From an uncultured virus (IMG/VR IMGVR_UViG_3300022200_004366) (Duplodnaviria; Heunggongvirae; Uroviricota; Caudoviricetes): a stretch of DNA of 64,000 nt. Below the pieces are notes generated by a model that ran no database searches, was not told the DNA's origin, and worked only from the letters and a program-made list of their open reading frames with translations. The translations under genes and the position numbers were made by a program. Of this stretch, positions 57,741 through 64,000 are shown piece after piece. Every line of letters starts with the position of its first letter. Within the stretch, counting starts at the first letter, position 1. Where the stretch lies: IMG/VR virus record IMGVR_UViG_3300022200_004366; one strand, 5' to 3'.

Positions 57741-59248
57741 TACTCTTTTTTCACTCCTATGTTAGAAATTGAATTAAGTTTGTTGGTCACTGATTCGCTC
57801 GCTTCTGCAGTTCCACCAGTTTCATATTCTACTTGTACAATAACACCTTTATTATGATGTATGTAAGGCTCGTGAGTTGGAGCTCTCGAAACAATACTTT
57901 CAAGTTCGCCTTCGGTGCTTTCCCACCCAGCATCACCGTGCTTGGTATCTGGCAATTTCGTTCGTGTTCCATATACAGGAGGGCTATTAGGAATGCTTGG
58001 ACCAGTGTTTAATAACACAAATGATCCATTGACTAGAGTTGGTCCTGTTGAATCCAAACTTGTTGACACAGTACCCGACAAAGCTAACGTGCCATCAGCT
58101 TTAACACTGATTCCTTTTGTGCTATACATGTTAATACTTTTTTCACCGATTAAACTTAACACTTCTTCGCCTTCAACAAATGTTGCTTTTTTACCGTGTA
58201 AACTAGCCGCAACACCGCCGTATAAATTTAGATTCTGATCGGCGTGAATATTTACATCGCCTTGCGAACGTAGGTTAATAGAATTAGCAGCATACATATC
58301 AATTGTGCCTTCTTTTCCTAATTCAACCCAAGACTGCCCATTGGCATGTATAATATGAATACAATTTCCATCATCGCTCAGAAGGATTTGATGGCCTTTG
58401 CCTGTTCTGATTCTAATTAAATTATCATTGCCGGTTAAATCTCCGTCATCTAAAATCAACGAATGTCCACCACGTCTTCCAATAACTTTGAAATCGTCTT
58501 TGGTAACATCTGTGTTTAAACTTTGTTTAATGTTATATTCGGTGGCACCACTTTCATAAATTGGTCTGCCTGGTGTATTGACTCCAAATGTAGCACTTGG
58601 CGATTCTCTGTATGCCGACGAGCCAATTGGCCCACGCTGAGGATCTTTAATTAGTCCTTGTTGGTACATAACTGCCGCAACATAACTGTGTACCGGGCGT
58701 GGCTGGTCAAAACTACGATCATTTTCTCTAATAGATGTATCTTGATTGTTAATTTCTGCGACCGGTAATCTAGACGCACCAGAGTAGCGTTTAGATTCTT
58801 CGTCGTTGTTAAATTCAAACTTAGAGCTGGCTCCAATACCTGGAACCATATGCATTAAGTCTGGGTCAGGAATACTGCCAACATAATATCCTTGGTTAGC
58901 ATCACCTGCTACAAAAAAGCAAAGAACTTTAGTACCAATATCTGGAATTGTAAACCACATGCCATAACTGTGTGGATTTCCAACATATTGTCCTGTACCT
59001 TCACTATTGCCCGAAGGCATTGTACTACCAAAGAAAGGACTTAGATAACGAACCGTGCGCCAGGTGCTGGAATCACTTTTATCATTGGACCCAAATTCTG
59101 GAATGTATACCTGAACACGTCCAATACGTGCCGGGTCATGATTTCCCATTACTTCGCCAACAAAAGGTCCTGACTCAGCCGGATACCCACCACGGTCAAG
59201 TTTGTAGTTTCCAGGACGTCCTCTATTTCTTGCTAAATTTTCAGCCAT
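57740..59248 (-). CDS. baseplate hub/spike protein, gp5/VgrG-like
   Basis: OB-fold DPARIGRVQVYIP...GMWF..PDIGTKVLCFF; GH..ILDD and GHQILLSD; beta-helix-like repeats; APTHEPY. Confidence 0.8.
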   Translation of the reverse strand: MAENLARNRGRPGNYKLDRGGYPAESGPFVGEVMGNHDPARIGRVQVYIPEFGSNDKSDSSTWRTVRYLSPFFGSTMPSGNSEGTGQYVGNPHSYGMWFTIPDIGTKVLCFFVAGDANQGYYVGSIPDPDLMHMVPGIGASSKFEFNNDEESKRYSGASRLPVAEINNQDTSIRENDRSFDQPRPVHSYVAAVMYQQGLIKDPQRGPIGSSAYRESPSATFGVNTPGRPIYESGATEYNIKQSLNTDVTKDDFKVIGRRGGHSLILDDGDLTGNDNLIRIRTGKGHQILLSDDGNCIHIIHANGQSWVELGKEGTIDMYAANSINLRSQGDVNIHADQNLNLYGGVAASLHGKKATFVEGEEVLSLIGEKSINMYSTKGISVKADGTLALSGTVSTSLDSTGPTLVNGSFVLLNTGPSIPNSPPVYGTRTKLPDTKHGDAGWESTEGELESIVSRAPTHEPYIHHNKGVIVQVEYETGGTAEASESVTNKLNSISNIGVKKE

Positions 59249-59258
59249 TTCTTACCTC

Positions 59259-62200
59259 TTACAACGGTTTGAATTTTGCCCATTTTCCTGTATCATTATC
59301 GTAATATTCTGTTTCTTCGTATTGTTTTAAGTCCGGGCGCCATGTGTATCTAACACGTGTTCCATAAAGAGCAACATAATCTTCATAAGGTTCGTATATA
59401 CCTTGATCAATTGCTTTTATTTGTTTATCTAGCGCATTTTTACTACTGGCTCCAATTTCTTGTCCTTTATATGTAAAGTATTGCTGCCCTTCTTCGTCAG
59501 TATCAGTTAAAGTAACACCTTCTGGTAAACTTGACGTTGGTATTGTTTCAGGCTCTGTCCATCCTGTACCTGTATTAATCTTAGGCGGTAGTTGGAAATC
59601 AGTATTGGCTCGTTCAATTGGAATGTCAGCTTCAGTTGGCGGTATTGTTTGTGTTCCTTGAGAAGGTGTATACTCGGTATCATTGCTAGTTTTGGGTTGT
59701 GTACTAACATTAGCAACTTCTGGACTAGGATCTTGTGCGATTGGTTGATCTGCTAGGAATCGAACATCGTCTTCACCAACATAATATTCAGCGGCGGCGG
59801 TTTCATCGCCATCAAAAAAGTCAGCTAACTCGTCATCAATTTGTTGTACTCCAAGTTCTTCCGGGGTGTATGCCTTTCTAGGTGCGTTAATATCGCTTTC
59901 TGTAATTCTTCCACCACCGAGACCAGCTGATATATCTGATATTGTACTTTGACTTCCAGTGACATTAGCTGCTTCAATTTGTGATTTTCTTCTTGGGTTA
60001 TAGAATACACCTTCGCGACCGTCAAGTGTTCCTTTGTAAGCAGCTTCTGTATCGTAGTATTGTAACAAAGTTCCTTTAAGAACTTGTTTAAACTCTCCAC
60101 GTGACAATATAGTCTTGATTTCATTAGCTCTATAATTTAAACTTACAGTACCACTTCCATAATTTTCTATACTGGTTGTATCTTTTTGATCAATATCCAT
60201 TAGTCCGTTTTGCGCATAGTCTGATGGCGTTTTATATCTAACGTTAAACACAACTTCGCTAGAATCATAGTTAATCGAGCCGTCTTTCATAAACGGCGAA
60301 ACACCTACATCTCTGACAGAGACACTTGGACTATAAAATACTTCGCTTTGTGCCATCCAGTCTGGGTCACCTAAAATAGTTAACTCAATTTGCGCAGTAT
60401 CGGCTGGACTGTATAATAAATCAGCAGCATACGCTACAGGTTCATTGCTTCGACTACCACTGGAACCAACGGCACTTTGATTTGAGCGTGGCATATAAAA
60501 TTTATTGGCTACGTGTATTGTATTAGTTACTGGCAAATCTATTCCAACATTTGGCTCGGGCCCAAATTGCTGAAAATACAAATAATTAAAATCTTGCTTA
60601 AAGTCTAACACTTCAGTGTTTTTTCCTGTAAACCAGTAGTCATATTCTTTATGCGCACCTAAGAAAAGTGATGGCGGGAAATAACGACTCTGAACGTCGT
60701 TGACTCTGTATGTACTGATTAGATAGCGAATTTCATATGCGTAATTGTTAGTTTTATTATCGTAGTTTGTAGGTTTAACTTCAGATCTAATCTTATACCA
60801 AACAAATGCTTCGTTTTCACCAGTGGTAGATGATATTTGATTTTTCTTTTCGGGATTAATCTTTGCCTTTCCGGTTACTTCGTCAATTATAACATTCTGC
60901 TGTGAACTTAAATAGGTACTATTTTTTAATACAGTTTCAATAGCTTGTATAATACTAGTACCTGCCGGTATAGAATAGGATTTATTATCTTTGTCCACTA
61001 CATTTTTGTTTCCGTCAAGTTGAGTTGATGGATTAGATGTGGCTGTTGGCATGGCCGTTTTTTCTTTGGTTACACTACCTGGCTTCCGGGTCAATGCGTC
61101 ACTAATGCCTGATCCTGGCTCAAATTCAATTTTATATACACAGGGATAATCAATTATGCCTGAGTTTTGTAGTTTTATTTGTTCTTTGTTTAATGCTGCT
61201 GTTAATCCAGTGAACACAGTATTAGTAGCGGTCGTAGAAGCTGTTGCTTCGCCAGCGAGAACTTCTTTTACGGTACCGCCAGTGATTTCCATATTAAACG
61301 GAATACGCGAATGTGTGTCATTAAGTGGCCAAAAACTCTGGGGGCATACTGCTTCGCAATTATATTGAATTACATCATTTACGACGCTAAATGAAATCCC
61401 AGTAAACTTAAATGGTATGAATTTTTCTGTAACAGATTTTGTATCGCTTGTAGTTTCTTGTTTTCCAATGGTATTACCGTCAAGAATGTTTCCGTATTCA
61501 TCATACCCATAAAATCTAACAACCATTAAAAACATAGCCGCAGCGTAATTAATGTTACTAGCAGAAGCTCCTTCACTGAGCATGTAGTCTTTGATTGATG
61601 CGTGTAATCTGTTTAAAAAACTTAATCCGTTTGGTTCAATAATTTTAAATTTTAAATCAAAAATGTTGTGTGCGGCTTGAGCACTAGTACCAGAAACAAT
61701 GCCATTAAATTCAATATCGTCGATATAAAAATCTAAATTAAAGTGTGGGCTTCTACGGGCGCCATAATTTCCGGTGTTTTGTTGCGAATTTCCACTGGAT
61801 GAATTTGCTCCAGCACTTTGTATCAAAAGAGTCATTCCGTTAACGCTCTTAACACCAGTGCTGACCATTTCAGCATAACGTGCGGCAGTCATTGCGTATA
61901 CGCTAACAGAATATGTCATAGTCGCAAACTTTTTAAAAGCATTTTCTCTTGGAATAATTTTTTCATAAAAAATTGACCCGGTGGCACTTCGTGCGCTAGT
62001 AGCCGGTGACGGCTGTGCTTCACTACCGAGAGGATCTTCTTTATTTTTTTGCGCCACTGGTCCAATCGGATCGAGCCCTGGTCCAGTTCCAAATCTGCCG
62101 CCTACACCATCGAACCCACTTGTTGTGCCATCTTCTCCAGGTTCACCACGATATTGGCTGCTGTCTTGAACTGTTGGTTGCGTTTCTGCCGTTGATAACT

Positions 62201-63128
62201 TTGGATTTCCAATAACTTCAGCTTCTGGGACAGGATTAGTAGGTGTAGCATTTTCATCATACGCCTGTTGAGATTCGATTACTTCAGCACCGGCACTGTT
62301 TTGTGGTACCACTGGTTCGGCGAATTGATTGTTTAAAGCAGGTGTAACAAACGTAGTTGTTTGTGTATTACCAGCAGCAAATGGAGCCGCTGTTATCGCC
62401 GAGCCCGGCTCCATTAAAATTTCTGTATTTGGAGGTAAAACAACAATGCCGCCGTCGGTAGCGATATAATCGCCATTTGCTGCCTGTTGTACACCTGTGC
62501 CAAGCTGAGCTGATGTTGATGGTCCAGGGGTGATGTATAAATCGCCATTTTCAGCTAATCTAACCTGACTGCCAGTTCCGACATTAATGCCTCCAGAAGT
62601 TGGGTTAAATTCTGTAGCCCGTGTTGGTGCCATTACCGGTGGAGTTTCTACACCAGGTATCGCAATAGACACAGCCGATGGTCCTGTAGTCACTGATTTG
62701 TACGACTGTCCAGGTATTGGAGTTACTATTGTGACCGGAGCATTGACCGCAGCATCTTGCGCTAAATCTAACTGATTAATGTTTGCCGATGTAGCATAGC
62801 TAGCCTGCGGCGCAATCAATGGATTGTTTAGACCGGTCTGAGCTGGGGGTAATACTCCATACGAAGAATTTGCTGGTGTACTAATCGAAGTCTGTGTTGG
62901 AGTTTTGAAATATTTTGCTCCTTCACTTTGTTTCCAGGCGAAGTAACCGTCTTTGCCTGTTGCCGGAATAGGACTTAGACCTGGATCACCAATAAAAATT
63001 GATGGTACATCTCCGGCTTCACCAGACACTGGGTTCACGCGAATAGCACTTACAATTTGATCGCCATTCCTAAGTATGCTAGTCCAAACGTCACCGTTTT
63101 TATCAACGTAATAATTTGAATCAGCCAC
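59259..63128 (-). CDS. large tail/baseplate hub-associated protein
   Basis: 1289 aa between the gp53-like and gp5-like genes; core with FYIDD, IIEPNG, YWFTGKNTEVLDF, LTILGDPDW; low-complexity ends. Confidence 0.65.
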   Translation of the reverse strand: MADSNYYVDKNGDVWTSILRNGDQIVSAIRVNPVSGEAGDVPSIFIGDPGLSPIPATGKDGYFAWKQSEGAKYFKTPTQTSISTPANSSYGVLPPAQTGLNNPLIAPQASYATSANINQLDLAQDAAVNAPVTIVTPIPGQSYKSVTTGPSAVSIAIPGVETPPVMAPTRATEFNPTSGGINVGTGSQVRLAENGDLYITPGPSTSAQLGTGVQQAANGDYIATDGGIVVLPPNTEILMEPGSAITAAPFAAGNTQTTTFVTPALNNQFAEPVVPQNSAGAEVIESQQAYDENATPTNPVPEAEVIGNPKLSTAETQPTVQDSSQYRGEPGEDGTTSGFDGVGGRFGTGPGLDPIGPVAQKNKEDPLGSEAQPSPATSARSATGSIFYEKIIPRENAFKKFATMTYSVSVYAMTAARYAEMVSTGVKSVNGMTLLIQSAGANSSSGNSQQNTGNYGARRSPHFNLDFYIDDIEFNGIVSGTSAQAAHNIFDLKFKIIEPNGLSFLNRLHASIKDYMLSEGASASNINYAAAMFLMVVRFYGYDEYGNILDGNTIGKQETTSDTKSVTEKFIPFKFTGISFSVVNDVIQYNCEAVCPQSFWPLNDTHSRIPFNMEITGGTVKEVLAGEATASTTATNTVFTGLTAALNKEQIKLQNSGIIDYPCVYKIEFEPGSGISDALTRKPGSVTKEKTAMPTATSNPSTQLDGNKNVVDKDNKSYSIPAGTSIIQAIETVLKNSTYLSSQQNVIIDEVTGKAKINPEKKNQISSTTGENEAFVWYKIRSEVKPTNYDNKTNNYAYEIRYLISTYRVNDVQSRYFPPSLFLGAHKEYDYWFTGKNTEVLDFKQDFNYLYFQQFGPEPNVGIDLPVTNTIHVANKFYMPRSNQSAVGSSGSRSNEPVAYAADLLYSPADTAQIELTILGDPDWMAQSEVFYSPSVSVRDVGVSPFMKDGSINYDSSEVVFNVRYKTPSDYAQNGLMDIDQKDTTSIENYGSGTVSLNYRANEIKTILSRGEFKQVLKGTLLQYYDTEAAYKGTLDGREGVFYNPRRKSQIEAANVTGSQSTISDISAGLGGGRITESDINAPRKAYTPEELGVQQIDDELADFFDGDETAAAEYYVGEDDVRFLADQPIAQDPSPEVANVSTQPKTSNDTEYTPSQGTQTIPPTEADIPIERANTDFQLPPKINTGTGWTEPETIPTSSLPEGVTLTDTDEEGQQYFTYKGQEIGASSKNALDKQIKAIDQGIYEPYEDYVALYGTRVRYTWRPDLKQYEETEYYDNDTGKWAKFKPL

Positions 63129-63129
63129 G

Positions 63130-63435
63130 TTAGAATCCTAGTGCTTCTCTTAGGGTAGTTAACTGCGGCAAAAATATCTTTTTACCTACTACAAAATCGC
63201 CCAATGGGTCAACTAGCGTGTTAGGATTTCTTTGAGCAAATACCCACCAGAGATCAGAACTCCCATATAGGTCATATGCTAACAAATCTGGACGAAGATT
63301 ATAAATTTGATTAATTGTAAACAGTTTATCGTCAGGATTTTTAGGTATTGGACGGTTACTCATTAAATCTAAATAAAATTCAGTAGTTCCTGTTTTATAA
63401 TATGGGCTTGTTGGTTTATATGTTGTATCAGCCAT
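63130..63435 (-). CDS. baseplate wedge protein, gp53/LysM-like
   Basis: YNLRPDLLAYDLYGSSDLWWVFAQRN. Confidence 0.8.
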   Translation of the reverse strand: MADTTYKPTSPYYKTGTTEFYLDLMSNRPIPKNPDDKLFTINQIYNLRPDLLAYDLYGSSDLWWVFAQRNPNTLVDPLGDFVVGKKIFLPQLTTLREALGF

Positions 63436-64000
63436 TACCAGAATCCTTTCTTAATAAGGTTACCAGTCGCATAATCTTTGAGACTGAACTTATTGCTTAC
63501 TGCGTCTCGAGTTTGAACAGGAAGCAATACTAATTGTATGTTAATTGTAGTTGGTACATAAGTTGCTCCACCTGAAATTTTTACTGCTCCTTGATAGGTA
63601 GGATCAACAAAGTTATCAATAGTGTTTGGAGCCCCAGATTCAAGTGCGCTTGACAATAATCTTGAAAATGTACTACTCCAAGACGAGTTTGCTGCTGCCG
63701 ATCTACGTCCTTGAAACAGGCCAACATTTGAAACAGCCGTTTCATACGCTCGAACATAATCAACAGTATCTGGTATTGTATAGTTGAAATTACTTAATAC
63801 ACATGGATGTTCAGCAAATTGAAAGTCACCAAGTCCACTCATATATAACAATGGCGGAGGTGTTCCTCGCTCATTGTCTTGTCCATAAAACATTTTAGTT
63901 GCCGATCTAAAAAAGTGAATCACTGCTAATAGATAATTAGCTTCATTTGTATCCTGGGCAGTAAATGTTCCGTTGACAATTATATCTCCTACCTGACTAC
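63435..64000 (-). CDS. tail-tube initiator/baseplate protein-like (partial; 5' end outside the window)
   Basis: Frame stays open past 63923 to the edge (SQVGDIIVNGTFTAQDTNEANYLLAVIHFFRSATKMFYG...PPPL); TAATG-coupled to the gp53-like gene. Confidence 0.6.
   Translation of the reverse strand, partial: SQVGDIIVNGTFTAQDTNEANYLLAVIHFFRSATKMFYGQDNERGTPPPLLYMSGLGDFQFAEHPCVLSNFNYTIPDTVDYVRAYETAVSNVGLFQGRRSAAANSSWSSTFSRLLSSALESGAPNTIDNFVDPTYQGAVKISGGATYVPTTINIQLVLLPVQTRDAVSNKFSLKDYATGNLIKKGFW

Noticed and set aside
56788..57765. 325-aa plus-strand Pro-rich ORF
   Set aside because: Antisense shadow of the Gly-rich minus-strand gene (GGN codons read as Pro on the other strand)
1..64000. Stop-codon reassignment, tRNA or rRNA genes
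   Set aside because: ORFs tile densely under the standard code and all three stop codons terminate genes; no cloverleaf or rRNA-like sequence seen in the few intergenic gaps

Overview
This window looks like part of a large T4-like (contractile-tailed, probably jumbo) phage genome in the standard genetic code. It has four parts. (1) 1-3.5 kb: accessory metabolism, with a partial S-adenosylmethionine decarboxylase missed by the ORF track, a candidate structured RNA and a tctCBA tripartite tricarboxylate transporter. (2) 3.6-9.1 kb: a MoxR AAA+/metallopeptidase-vWA pair, hypotheticals, DHFR and ThyA. (3) 9.1-35.4 kb: a dense ~26 kb biosynthetic island with 8 radical SAM enzymes, ~7 glycosyltransferase-like proteins, 2 SGNH-like proteins, an NDP-sugar epimerase, a DegT aminotransferase, an amidinotransferase, a carbamoyltransferase and a short UDP-glucose dehydrogenase. 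(4) 35.5-64 kb: minus-strand virion genes (gp4-like nuclease, fibre-like proteins, a 4414-aa protein, gp6/gp25/gp5/gp53-like baseplate genes). The best candidate for an undescribed system is the island, which may be a phage-encoded pathway making a heavily tailored amino-sugar glycan for the virion or host surface. All product calls come from reading motifs by eye; no searches were run.
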